DNA of 64,000 nt. It comes from Candidatus Woesearchaeota archaeon (GTDB lineage Archaea > Nanobdellota > Nanobdellia > Woesearchaeales > GW2011-AR4). Below the pieces are notes generated by a model. That model worked only from the letters and a program-made list of their open reading frames with translations, had not been told where the DNA came from and made no database searches. The stretch is from the NCBI GenBank assembly GCA_016184145.1, contig JACPDF010000021.1, forward strand, positions 8,422 through 72,421, in the 5' to 3' direction. The translations under genes were made by a program, and so were the position numbers. The first letter of the stretch is position 1. Each line of letters begins with the position of its first letter. Shown piece by piece: positions 10,214 through 20,301 of this stretch.

Positions 10214-10969
10214 ATGAAAAACAACATTATAGCACAAAATTATCTGTTATTGATAAATTCCTTTAAAAGAATAAGTTTAAAGTTCTTTTTAATATTGGCT
10301 TTTGACATTCTTTTTTACTTTATTTTTATGCAGATAGGGAATTTTTTCTTGAAAATAATAGAAAAAAAGGCAGCAAATGTCGACCTTGCGCAAAACCTTC
10401 TTGGATTGAACCAGCAGGCTGCCAGTTCCTTATTGACCTCTGTAAGGGGATTTTTCTTTTTCCTTATCTTTTCCGCAATTTTATTTTTATTATTGATGGT
10501 GATTAACTGGAGCGTCTTCAAGGGCCTTATCTGGACAACAACCGCAGATAAAAAATTTAATTTCGGATTTTTTAAGAAATTTTTATTGCTGAACTTGATT
10601 TGGCTGCCATCCTGGTTTTTGCTCATATTCCTGTTTGCGGTTATAATAAACCCGGAAACATCTCCAATATTCATGATAGTCACTTTAGCTGTAGCATTCT
10701 ACTTCACCAATATACTTTACCCATTATTTCTAAAGGAGAATAAATTAAGAATAATAAAAGAAGCCTTTAAGCTTGGAATTAAAAAAATCCACCAGTTTAT
10801 TGTTCCTTACGCAATAATTATTATTCTGTTTTTTATGATATTAAATGCCTATAATCTTATTGCTATAAGGGTTAATTTGAATCCAAATGTTTTCTTTGGC
10901 ATTCTTCTGGTTTTTATCGCGTGGCTGAGGTATTATTTTGTTGAGATTGTTTACAGCCTGCACAAATGA
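10214..10969 (+). CDS. polytopic membrane protein (module-associated, paralog of 20277..21146)
   Basis: 251 aa with at least 5 predicted TM helices. It shares the segment VINxxVFKGLIW / VVINGLIWYF with 20277..21146. No GxGD prepilin-peptidase motif is present. Confidence 0.55.
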   Translation: MKNNIIAQNYLLLINSFKRISLKFFLILAFDILFYFIFMQIGNFFLKIIEKKAANVDLAQNLLGLNQQAASSLLTSVRGFFFFLIFSAILFLLLMVINWSVFKGLIWTTTADKKFNFGFFKKFLLLNLIWLPSWFLLIFLFAVIINPETSPIFMIVTLAVAFYFTNILYPLFLKENKLRIIKEAFKLGIKKIHQFIVPYAIIIILFFMILNAYNLIAIRVNLNPNVFFGILLVFIAWLRYYFVEIVYSLHK

Positions 10970-11194
10970 TTGTTTTCTACAGAAAACTATTTATATTATA
11001 ATGCAAGAGGGTTATGCAAAAAGGGGTGAGCATGATAAATTTCTATAAATTCCGCTATAAATTGCTCTGTAAAGTAATTTTCTTCACAATTTCACCAAAA
11101 GCCTTAAATATTCATATATAAATTATATATTAAATACTATTGTTAAATATATAAAACATCTATTAAATAGATATAAAACATATATAAAATAATA

Positions 11195-11353
11195 ATGAAA
11201 TTCACAAAAAAAGTCATAAAAACATCCGGAGGCCTAGTTGTAAGGGTTCCTGCAGATATTGTCAGGCTTCTTAGTCTGACAGATAAGGATTATGTTGAGA
11301 TTGATTTGACAAAAATAGACCTTAAAGAATTAAACAAGAAATCAAAATCATGA
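11195..11353 (+). CDS. AbrB/SpoVT/MazE-like swapped-hairpin DNA-binding protein
   Basis: Unlisted 52-aa ORF MKFTKKVIKTSGGLVVRVPADIVRLLSLTDKDYVEIDL..., a typical AbrB-fold signature. Its stop overlaps the next ORF's start (ATGA). Confidence 0.5.
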   Translation: MKFTKKVIKTSGGLVVRVPADIVRLLSLTDKDYVEIDLTKIDLKELNKKSKS

Positions 11354-11574
11354 AAATCAGAGATTTTCAGGACACAAGGAAAACAAAGTTTTCCGGTGTA
11401 CAGGAAATTCAAAGAATTTCCAAGTATGCCAAAAAGGCTTTAGCCTTTTTGTGCATAATGTTTAGAAATACAAAAACAAATGCCAATGAAAAAAACAATA
11501 GGAACATAAAAAATTTGCTCGAACAAAGTTCGGCACCAACTTCATTGGATTCGGCATTTTTGCATGCACAATGA
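11350..11574 (+). CDS. small basic ORF (74 aa) translationally coupled to the AbrB-like gene; possible toxin-like partner
   Basis: A 4-nt ATGA overlap with 11195..11353. No motif is recognised, so whether it codes is uncertain. Confidence 0.25.
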   Translation: MKIRDFQDTRKTKFSGVQEIQRISKYAKKALAFLCIMFRNTKTNANEKNNRNIKNLLEQSSAPTSLDSAFLHAQ

Positions 11575-11740
11575 CAATAAAGCAAAAATGCAGGCAATTA
11601 TTAATTATTTTTCCATGGTTTATGGAGTAAACCCAGAAAAAATTGAAAATTTTTTCGTTGCCGAATAATATTAAAAGTGAAATTAAACAATGACTGAACA
11701 AATGATTGTGAACATTGGATAAAAGATAGTTATTAAAAAA

Positions 11741-13621
11741 ATGTCAAAAAAAAGAGGTCAGGCATCTATATTCATGGTAATGGCAGTAATCATATTGCTC
11801 CTAGGGGCTCTTTTCTTCTATACCCAAAGGGCTTCTCTGGAAAAAGCAGAGCTGATAAGCCCAGAAATAGCGCCTGTGAAAAATTTCATAGACGCGTGCA
11901 TAAGCGATGTCGCAAGGCAGGGCATAACAATACTTGGGTTTAATGGGGGCTATATAAGCTTCCCGGATGAGATAAAAAACAATCCCAGGAGTTATCTGCA
12001 GCTTGGGCCTATAAGCAGCATAAAAAACCCTTACTGGTGGTATGACGGCATTGAAAGCGTTCCGTCAGAAAGCTTCATTGCAAGGCAGATAGAAGATTAC
12101 ATTACCTCAAATCTCGACACATGCATAAGCGACTTTAGCGCCTTTAGCCAGTTTGATGTAAGGCAAAGAGGATCTCTTGGCGTAAAAGTAACCCTTAATG
12201 AAAATGATGTTGCTGTAGATGTGAATTATCCTTTGGAGCTTACAAATAAGCTGAATAGAACCACAATAATGCTTGAAAAGTTCAAGGAAACGCTGCCCAT
12301 CAGGCTTAAGAAAGCCTATGAGATGGCAAAGGACATCTACGAGTCTGAAAAAAAGAATTTTTTCCTTGAATTTAAGACAATGGACCTTATAGCAATGGAC
12401 AAAAATATACCGACAACAGGGATAGAGACAACCTGCGGGGAAAAAGTATGGCGCGTTGACCAGGTGCAGCAAAAGCTGAAGAGGCTTCTCAATGTAAACT
12501 TGCCCTATATCAGCATAGTCAGCTCCGAATTTGATGAGAAGGTCTATGTGCCCAATCCATTCGGAGAAAATACCTATAAGGACTCCTACTATGGCAAGCA
12601 TTACAGCTGGCAAATAACAGACAAAAATTATGCTAATTTAAAAGTTTCATTTGCCTATGAGGAAAACTGGCCAATGCAGTTTTACGCAAGGCCAAGCAAC
12701 AATGGCATAATGAAGTCAAACGCCAAGAAAAGCCAGAGTTTTTTGGATTTTTTCTGCCTGCACATATGGCATTTTACATATGATGTTGTGTACCCTGTAA
12801 GGATCACCATAACTGACAATGCCCCCAAATCCGAGCCGTACCAGTTTAACTTTGCATTTGAGGTAAGCGTGGACCACAACCAGCCGAGAAGGGAAAACTT
12901 CGCATCAACATTATTCGAGCAGGCCGTTCTTGGTAATCAGGAAGAGTATTGCAATGATGTTGTGAATGATATTACCATTTATACAATGGAAAACACGACA
13001 GACCAGAAAGACATAGCCCATGTCAACCTCACATTCACATGCGGGATGTTTACATGCAACATGGGAGAGACAGACTGGCTTAGCTATGGTGCTGCTGCCG
13101 GCCTGACAAAGGCCTTCCCCTACTGCGTAAACGGCATCTTGAGGGGAAGCAAGGAAGGGTTTGAAGATAGCCAAAGATTCATGCGGACAGAGGCCCCAGG
13201 CACATATACGCTTTACCTTAAGCCAGTAAAACAATTTCAGGATTATGAGATTGTGAAACATGACTTTGACAATCCTTCTATTGAAAGCAAATTGAAGGAA
13301 AATGAGAAAGCGTCTATAACAATAAAATCCACGCAAAGTGATTTTGAAACTTTTGGAGTCTATCCTGTTGAAAAGGATTTCCAGATAAAGCTGCTCAATG
13401 ACGACCAGGAATATGAAGTCGCAATTTACCTTTCAGACGAAGACAGCATCATTGGCGGCTACAAGGGGACATGGAAAATTGCCGCATCAACAGTGTCAAA
13501 TTCAAAAAAAATAATATTTCATGTCCTGGAAAAGCAGGGGAATGATGACGAGACAGCTCTCTTTGTTTCAGGGCTTGATTCATACTCGCAAAAAGTTCCG
13601 CAGCCAGAGTTGATAGGATGA
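11741..13621 (+). CDS. large protein with class-III (prepilin-like) signal motif, family member 2
   Basis: MSKKRGQ|ASIFMVMAVIILLLGALFFY, with NPYWWY and NLDTCISDFSAF motifs. It is a paralog of 2402..4522. Its stop overlaps the downstream start (ATGA at 13618). Confidence 0.65.
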   Translation: MSKKRGQASIFMVMAVIILLLGALFFYTQRASLEKAELISPEIAPVKNFIDACISDVARQGITILGFNGGYISFPDEIKNNPRSYLQLGPISSIKNPYWWYDGIESVPSESFIARQIEDYITSNLDTCISDFSAFSQFDVRQRGSLGVKVTLNENDVAVDVNYPLELTNKLNRTTIMLEKFKETLPIRLKKAYEMAKDIYESEKKNFFLEFKTMDLIAMDKNIPTTGIETTCGEKVWRVDQVQQKLKRLLNVNLPYISIVSSEFDEKVYVPNPFGENTYKDSYYGKHYSWQITDKNYANLKVSFAYEENWPMQFYARPSNNGIMKSNAKKSQSFLDFFCLHIWHFTYDVVYPVRITITDNAPKSEPYQFNFAFEVSVDHNQPRRENFASTLFEQAVLGNQEEYCNDVVNDITIYTMENTTDQKDIAHVNLTFTCGMFTCNMGETDWLSYGAAAGLTKAFPYCVNGILRGSKEGFEDSQRFMRTEAPGTYTLYLKPVKQFQDYEIVKHDFDNPSIESKLKENEKASITIKSTQSDFETFGVYPVEKDFQIKLLNDDQEYEVAIYLSDEDSIIGGYKGTWKIAASTVSNSKKIIFHVLEKQGNDDETALFVSGLDSYSQKVPQPELIG

Positions 13622-16600
13622 AAGCAAAAAGAACATTAATCCGGTTTATTGCATTGCTCTTGCTAGAGCTGATAATACTGTATCCAGTGGAGTTTGTATA
13701 CGCCCTGAGCATTTCAAATGTGCAAATAACGGATGTAAGCTCAAACTCGGCAAGGGTGAAATGGTTTACAGATGAGGTTGCAGACGGCAAGGTAAAATAC
13801 GGGCCTACAAAAGACTTAGGATTTACCTCTAGGCATACCACTTTTATTTTTGAGCACAACCAGCTGCTGCAGGGCCTTGACTCGGAAAAAACTTATTTCC
13901 TCGATATAGAGTCATCAAACATCAACGGAGACATTGCAGTAGACAACAACAGCGGTCAGTTCTATTCTTTTACCACAAAAGACATCACGCCTCCCGCAAA
14001 AGTAGAAGGGCTTACTGTAACAGGCAGGACTAAAAATTCCATAGCGATAGCATGGCAGGCATCAAATGCCCAGGATTTAAGCCATTACAACATATTCAGG
14101 AACAATGTAAGGGTTGCAAATGCGACAGACACAATTTTTACAGACACAAACCTCAGCCCGGGATCAGCCTTTTCCTATAAAGTGTCTGCAATAGACTTAT
14201 CTGGAAATGAGGGTGCCCAGTCAGACACTGTAATTGGATCCACTGAAGCATTGGACCTCTCCAGCCCGGTAATAAGCGAAGTGGATATAGCGGAAATCAG
14301 GGACACAACGGCAATAATCATATGGCTGACAAACAAAAACAGCACCTCGATTGTTTTCTTCGGAACCGGCCAAAATCTGGATAGAAAAGAGGAAATTAAA
14401 GAACAAGTAAAAAACCACTCGGTAACCATAGGCAGCCTGGAAAAAGGTATTTCTTACAGCTTTGTTGTAAGTTCCTGCGACGAGGACAATAACTGCGCAA
14501 ACTCTTCAATATCGAGATTTGAAGCTGGACTAGGTGCAAAAGCCCCAAGTCTCAATGCAACAATACCGATGTTTGTGAATAAAAAAGAGATTGACATAAT
14601 AGGATCAACAGAGCCTTTTTCCTCGGTAAAGCTGTTTGTGAATGACTTAAACTTCCCAGTGAGAGCATTAGACAGCAAGGAAACACCAACAGGAGCATTT
14701 GAATTCCAGAATGTGCAGCTGCAGAAAGAGAATGTCATAAAGATTCTTGTTGCGGACAAAGCAGGCAACAAGAATGAAAGCACTTTTAGGGTAAGCGTTG
14801 ACACAGAAAGCCCTGTGGTGATTATCGATCAAGTTCCGGGAATAACATCAAAAAAGAATTTGACAATTGTAGGAACAGTAGATGAGCCTGTCTCCATGAA
14901 TTTCTATCTAAGGTTCGGCTCAAAAGAAAAGCCGGAAAAGATAACGGGGCTTAGTGGAGCTGCAAAAAACAACTCGATAAAGCTTGAATGGGATGAGACA
15001 AAAAATGAAGAATTTAGTCATTACATAATTTATAGGAAAGACATAGGACCTATTGCAATCACAGACTCTAAATCCTACAATTCCTACACTGACTTATTGG
15101 TCAACAAAGGCCAGGAATACACTTATTGGGTCACTGCAGTAGACAAATTCGGCAAGGAAAGCGACAAGTCAGATGTCGTCATGGTAAAAGTAATTGATGG
15201 AAGAAATGATATACCGAAGCCAAAACCTATTGAAATCCTGATAATAGAAAAGCCTGAATTAAGCATAAGCGTGAATAATACATTCTCCGAGTCATTAAAG
15301 ATTGAAAAAGACGGTGAATACACTTTAACAATAGAGGTGCTTGACAGGGCCAACAATAGGGTTGTTATTGAGCGCACAATAACTTTGGACACAAAAAAGC
15401 CTGACATAAAGATCACAAACCCACCATCCGGCACAATGATCTTTGAGAACTATGCGGGTGAGGTTGATGTCAAGGGCACCACAGAGCCGAATGCCAATAT
15501 TCATTTATACATAGAAAGGACTCCATTTGGGGGCTTAAACAAGTCTTTTGATGTAACTGCAATATTAGGGGGCATAGAAAGCATACCCGAGGCAAAATTA
15601 GACGCAAAATGCAGCGCCGGCATTGGGAGCAAAAATTTCTGCCCTGAATCAGCCGATTTCTCAGCTACAGCCGACAGCAGCGGGAATTTTGAATTTGACA
15701 ATGTTGATTTGACAAGCAGGAGCGGAGGGTTCTTAAGCATAGGGGGAGGCGCAAACATAGAGCAGGTCCCAGGAGCTCAGCTCGTACAAGAACTCAGACC
15801 GGAAACAACGAAAACCTCAAGGCTTGTTTTCATAGCAACCGACCTCGCTGGCTTAAGAAATGCAAAAGAGCATACTATAAGGATAGGCACATGCTGGTCG
15901 GGAAACCAAAGCTGGGATTTAATTCCTCTGACAGAGTTCCAGAGCCCGACATTCCTTAGCCCGCAAAGGCTTGCCGAGAACAAGGAAAGCATTTATTTCT
16001 TCTTTAATTACTCCTATATTGGCAGGGGAAAAGACGCAAAGATAGACAGTGTTTCCCTGCAAAAAGCCTGCTCAGGCACAGAAGTTTTAGGCGATAAGAG
16101 GTTTAACACAAGCTGTAAAATATTGCCTTCCGGAGGCTTCTCAACTGCAGTAAATCCGGAAGGGACTGCAACATACACGCAGATTAATCTAAACAGAGTA
16201 GAAAGAATGGACAGGTTTTTGCAGAATGACTGGAAAGATTTCTTCAATTCTGTAAGCAATGAATTGACATTTCCACTGAAGTTCACAATAAGATACAAGC
16301 ATAATGTAGAAGGCAAAGAAGTCATAGAAACGCAAACAACATGCCAGGAGATTACCTATGTATTGGATAACAGCATAATAGATCCGAGGGATATATTGCC
16401 TGACTGGCTTTTGTATGATTTCGTTGATTTCCTGCAAAATTCAATTGAAACAATAAATGATGTCAACCAGCAGCTCACCAAAGTTGTAGAGTTTGTGACT
16501 ATTGGCTGCGTTTCAACCTTCTTTTTAAGGATACCGGTGCAATTCTACAGGCGCCTTATTACTTTCAGCGAGGAAAAAATATTCCTGCTTAAGGACATAA

Positions 16601-19600
16601 CCAGCAAATTTTCTGATGGGCAAATTAAGTTTAATGTCAAAAACGATGAGGATCAGGTATATTGCAATGCTGTTGCGAACAACATCAAAAAAGACTATAA
16701 GCTTGGCACGGATAAAAACTCCTTATTCGGATTAAAGTTAAAGTATTTTAGCGATAAGGATCTAAAAAGATGCTTCCCTGAGGTTGCGGATATATGGGAC
16801 ACAGAAGCATCATTGTACAAAGCCTATAGGTACACTTGCGACAGGATTTTCGGCCATCAGACACCATCAGCATGGACGGAAAACCTTGATGATGAGAAGA
16901 TATACCAGAGAGTCCTGGAAGGCAACCAATGCCCCAATGACCAAAGCGTGTTTGGCAGGCCTATACAGGCAGTTAACTGCAGGGAAGTCTCAAGGCAATT
17001 TTTAATAGAGGAAAATTTCTTTGATGTTGGTAGTGTTTGTTTTGTTCTTCCTATTAGCACATCAGGCAGCAGAGAGAGAGGCAATCAACTTTTCCAGCTG
17101 GGCAAGCCTGTTGAAGGAGGAACAAATGTTTATGAGATAACAAGGGTAAGGGAAAGGGGCTCTTACGCGGAGACAAAGTATGTAATAAAACAATCAGAAA
17201 GGCAGTATCTTACAAATAGGCCTGAGAGATGCGAGCAATTATGCGCTGGTGGTGTTATTCAAGGTTTGCAGAAGGACACAGTGGTAATTGGCGGCATATC
17301 TTATCCTGCTTATCAAACTCCAAAAAAGAATCTGAAGGAGCCTACGGATCCACTTAAAAAAGCAATTCCTGCCTGCGTAAGTGCTGCGCAATGCAACCAG
17401 TGGGCTGAGCAAAAGCCAGAGGCTACATTTGGGGATAATGTGATAAAAATAGATTCTGCAAAAAGGCAGGGCTATACAAGCGACTGCTTCCCGCCAGCAA
17501 CAGACCTTTCCTCAATAAGCGACAATCCCCAGCAAAGGTATGAATGCTGCTGCTTAAACAGCAAAAAGGCTGAAGCACCGACACTATATTATCTTTATGA
17601 TGATCTGAACAGGTATGAGGATGATAAAAACACAAAGCAAAGCGCGTTTCAGTCAAAGAAAAATTTGGATACTCCGGAAAATCTTGCAGATGTAGAATGG
17701 AGCTACAGGTACTGGAAAGAAGGGTATATTGCCTTGTCCAAGGAAACCACGCAATCAGGCAGGAATATCCAGCATAACCAGTATAATCCAAACAGGTACA
17801 TTGAAGGTCGTGATTACCCAGCGTGCTTTGGGCAGAATAATTACCTCTACGAGGGATTTATCAGTCCGGGCGAAGGCGAAGTTGGAAAATTGGTTACAAT
17901 AGATTCCAGGCAACAGTTTGAAAGCGCGTTTTTCTGCGCGAACATAGCAGGCATACAGAACAGGCTTGTCATGCTGAACAACATGCAAAGTGCTTTAGCC
18001 AGCTGCTTAATAGATGTAAGAGAAACCGGAACTTCGGATGCTGCAGCGTGCAAGGAATTCTTTACAAGATATGTCTGCTCTAGTATATGGCAGACAATAA
18101 ATTTTGCCCAAAATTTGTTTTCAGATTCGTGCACATCATCACCCTTAGGAGTCTCGATACAGGATGAGGATGATTATGCTGCGGCTGTAAGCGCGGGCTT
18201 TAGGAGCGCAACCCAGAGCATCACTGATGCCCAATCAGAGCTTGCAGGCGAATATGGAAATGTGCAGCTTAATAATTTGCTAGGTACTGGGGCAGGAGAG
18301 GTTGCAAGGAAAGTCTGCTTGGCAGCATTCGGCTATGACTGGGACCTGAGCCTGCAGAATATTATTAATGCCGCTTACTCCCAATCATTTGAAACTCTTG
18401 TGCAAAAAACAACAGGCACCAGGGAATATTTGACAATAGATCCTACCAACGGCCAGGCAAGATATGACTACAGGGCCTCATGGATAATAAATCCCGGGTG
18501 CGATATCGATAGCTATAAAGTCGAGCTTGCTTGTGTAAGCAGATACGAGCTGAGCAAGGAAGGAGAGTTTATCGACCCGTTATCATCCATTGGAGTGCCT
18601 TCCAGAGGCATAAGATGCGATGCAGTGGGAAGCCCGGACGGAAATAACTGCGATTGCCTAAACCTTGACAAGGAGCAAACAAAGAGCTTCTTTACATCGA
18701 AAGGCAAATTGCTGCAGAACAAGCTTGTGCAGCAGGCCCAGGATGAGGTTGTCTCCTCCCTGTACAGGTACGATCACCTCAAATTCACTTTACGGCCTGA
18801 CAGGAAGCTAAAAGGAGATTTGGCAAAAACTTGCTTCCCGCCGGGGCATGAAGACGGGGTATTTTATTTCCCATTAACAGACAAAACCGCAAGGGACATA
18901 GCAGCATGCAAGCTAGAGCCCATATCAGGGGTTTTCCAGTGCACTGGCGCTTTGGACTTCTGGAGCAAGAAAGGACTGGCTAATATAGTAGATGTAACAA
19001 TAAACGGGGAAAAGGCAAAAGACAATTCATTCACAGTCTTTAAAGGGGAATCATTAATATTGACTCCGACTATATTCAAGACGCCTGGAGCCCCAAATAA
19101 ATGCCTTGTCATGCAGCTTGAGAAGCAGGGAATTGGATTAACTTCACAAGTAGAAACCATAAACGTTGATGGCACATACCAGTATTCTCCGATAACGCTT
19201 GATCAGAATGTCCAGCCTGTTCAGAATCTGGGAATTTTGCCGTCAGCTCAATTTAACGGCTGTACCACAGTAATCAACACAGGAACTCAATGCCAAGAGA
19301 TTATATCAAGGCAAAAGCCTACTATTGGAGTTTTGCAGAGAGGAAATACTCAGGATGTTGATTTGTCTATCACATTCATTGATGAAAAACCGGAAGATGG
19401 AAGGATTGACATAAGTGAAAACAGCCAAGATAAGATGGAAGTAAGTGTATTAGGAAGTGCTGTTGATTCAAGAATATTGGGAAAAGGTGGCTGGTATGAT
19501 GAAAGCAGGAAAAAGCCTGTTATTGACCTGCCACAATACGACATAAAATTGCAGGTAAATACTGTGCCTTTCGCATCAGGAGTAAAATCAGCGATCTACA

Positions 19601-20301
19601 CACAAATAATCCCATCAATCTTCGGTGGTGCAAGCACAACAACCCTTGGCAGTCAAAATATAGCCTCAGATAACATCTGGAAATTAAAGCTAAGCTTATT
19701 CGAGGCTGATGACAATACTTTCCTTTGCAGCAGGTATAATGCAGGAGAAACTGTGCAGTACCAGGGGACAAAGCAGGAAAAAACATACACAATAAGGGTT
19801 GCAGCCCAAAGACAGGATGCAGACGCTCCAAGAGTAACACTAAATATTCAACCTTCTGAAATTAAGCTTGTAGGGGAAACAGCAAAATTGACTGTTGATG
19901 TAACTGACGAGACAAAAGTAGGAAATATTGTTTTTGAATTGGCAAAGCCCGGAGGGCCAAAATTCAATTGGGATGCAGTTAATAATGAAGCCAAAAATTC
20001 GTGCATTCCAAGCGCTTTGCAGGGAAGCGGTGACAGGAAAGTCTGCTCAATAGATATTGACGGCAGCAAGCTGAATGTGGATAAAGCAGGAACATACAGG
20101 GTAACTGTAACAGCATATGATGAGGATAGAATATCACACAAGGATGTAAAGGAAGCCGCAATTGAGGTTTTGTGCGGCCCGTCATCAGATAATTCTTACG
20201 GGATATGTATGAAAGGCGGAAGCTGTGGAAGAGAAAATGTGATAGAAGGGACAACAACGTGCCAGCAGGGATTTGAATGCTGCAGAAAATTCCAGGGTTA
20301 A
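13618..20301 (+). CDS. giant secreted protein (2227 aa) with multiple fibronectin-III-like repeats and Cys-rich domains
   Basis: Signal peptide present. There are at least three FN3-like segments (ISNVQITDVSSNSARVKWFTDE...; PPAKVEGLTVTGRTKNSIAIAW...; SPVISEVDIAEIRDTTAIIIW...). The central and C-terminal Cys-rich regions share a pattern with the 1053-aa protein. Confidence 0.8.
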   Translation: MKAKRTLIRFIALLLLELIILYPVEFVYALSISNVQITDVSSNSARVKWFTDEVADGKVKYGPTKDLGFTSRHTTFIFEHNQLLQGLDSEKTYFLDIESSNINGDIAVDNNSGQFYSFTTKDITPPAKVEGLTVTGRTKNSIAIAWQASNAQDLSHYNIFRNNVRVANATDTIFTDTNLSPGSAFSYKVSAIDLSGNEGAQSDTVIGSTEALDLSSPVISEVDIAEIRDTTAIIIWLTNKNSTSIVFFGTGQNLDRKEEIKEQVKNHSVTIGSLEKGISYSFVVSSCDEDNNCANSSISRFEAGLGAKAPSLNATIPMFVNKKEIDIIGSTEPFSSVKLFVNDLNFPVRALDSKETPTGAFEFQNVQLQKENVIKILVADKAGNKNESTFRVSVDTESPVVIIDQVPGITSKKNLTIVGTVDEPVSMNFYLRFGSKEKPEKITGLSGAAKNNSIKLEWDETKNEEFSHYIIYRKDIGPIAITDSKSYNSYTDLLVNKGQEYTYWVTAVDKFGKESDKSDVVMVKVIDGRNDIPKPKPIEILIIEKPELSISVNNTFSESLKIEKDGEYTLTIEVLDRANNRVVIERTITLDTKKPDIKITNPPSGTMIFENYAGEVDVKGTTEPNANIHLYIERTPFGGLNKSFDVTAILGGIESIPEAKLDAKCSAGIGSKNFCPESADFSATADSSGNFEFDNVDLTSRSGGFLSIGGGANIEQVPGAQLVQELRPETTKTSRLVFIATDLAGLRNAKEHTIRIGTCWSGNQSWDLIPLTEFQSPTFLSPQRLAENKESIYFFFNYSYIGRGKDAKIDSVSLQKACSGTEVLGDKRFNTSCKILPSGGFSTAVNPEGTATYTQINLNRVERMDRFLQNDWKDFFNSVSNELTFPLKFTIRYKHNVEGKEVIETQTTCQEITYVLDNSIIDPRDILPDWLLYDFVDFLQNSIETINDVNQQLTKVVEFVTIGCVSTFFLRIPVQFYRRLITFSEEKIFLLKDITSKFSDGQIKFNVKNDEDQVYCNAVANNIKKDYKLGTDKNSLFGLKLKYFSDKDLKRCFPEVADIWDTEASLYKAYRYTCDRIFGHQTPSAWTENLDDEKIYQRVLEGNQCPNDQSVFGRPIQAVNCREVSRQFLIEENFFDVGSVCFVLPISTSGSRERGNQLFQLGKPVEGGTNVYEITRVRERGSYAETKYVIKQSERQYLTNRPERCEQLCAGGVIQGLQKDTVVIGGISYPAYQTPKKNLKEPTDPLKKAIPACVSAAQCNQWAEQKPEATFGDNVIKIDSAKRQGYTSDCFPPATDLSSISDNPQQRYECCCLNSKKAEAPTLYYLYDDLNRYEDDKNTKQSAFQSKKNLDTPENLADVEWSYRYWKEGYIALSKETTQSGRNIQHNQYNPNRYIEGRDYPACFGQNNYLYEGFISPGEGEVGKLVTIDSRQQFESAFFCANIAGIQNRLVMLNNMQSALASCLIDVRETGTSDAAACKEFFTRYVCSSIWQTINFAQNLFSDSCTSSPLGVSIQDEDDYAAAVSAGFRSATQSITDAQSELAGEYGNVQLNNLLGTGAGEVARKVCLAAFGYDWDLSLQNIINAAYSQSFETLVQKTTGTREYLTIDPTNGQARYDYRASWIINPGCDIDSYKVELACVSRYELSKEGEFIDPLSSIGVPSRGIRCDAVGSPDGNNCDCLNLDKEQTKSFFTSKGKLLQNKLVQQAQDEVVSSLYRYDHLKFTLRPDRKLKGDLAKTCFPPGHEDGVFYFPLTDKTARDIAACKLEPISGVFQCTGALDFWSKKGLANIVDVTINGEKAKDNSFTVFKGESLILTPTIFKTPGAPNKCLVMQLEKQGIGLTSQVETINVDGTYQYSPITLDQNVQPVQNLGILPSAQFNGCTTVINTGTQCQEIISRQKPTIGVLQRGNTQDVDLSITFIDEKPEDGRIDISENSQDKMEVSVLGSAVDSRILGKGGWYDESRKKPVIDLPQYDIKLQVNTVPFASGVKSAIYTQIIPSIFGGASTTTLGSQNIASDNIWKLKLSLFEADDNTFLCSRYNAGETVQYQGTKQEKTYTIRVAAQRQDADAPRVTLNIQPSEIKLVGETAKLTVDVTDETKVGNIVFELAKPGGPKFNWDAVNNEAKNSCIPSALQGSGDRKVCSIDIDGSKLNVDKAGTYRVTVTAYDEDRISHKDVKEAAIEVLCGPSSDNSYGICMKGGSCGRENVIEGTTTCQQGFECCRKFQG

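Noticed and set aside
10214-10969. The module membrane proteins (10214..10969 and 20277..21146) were considered as prepilin peptidases.
   Set aside because: Neither carries the conserved GxGD or first-Asp loop motifs of FlaK/PibD-type peptidases. They are left as unknown polytopic membrane proteins.
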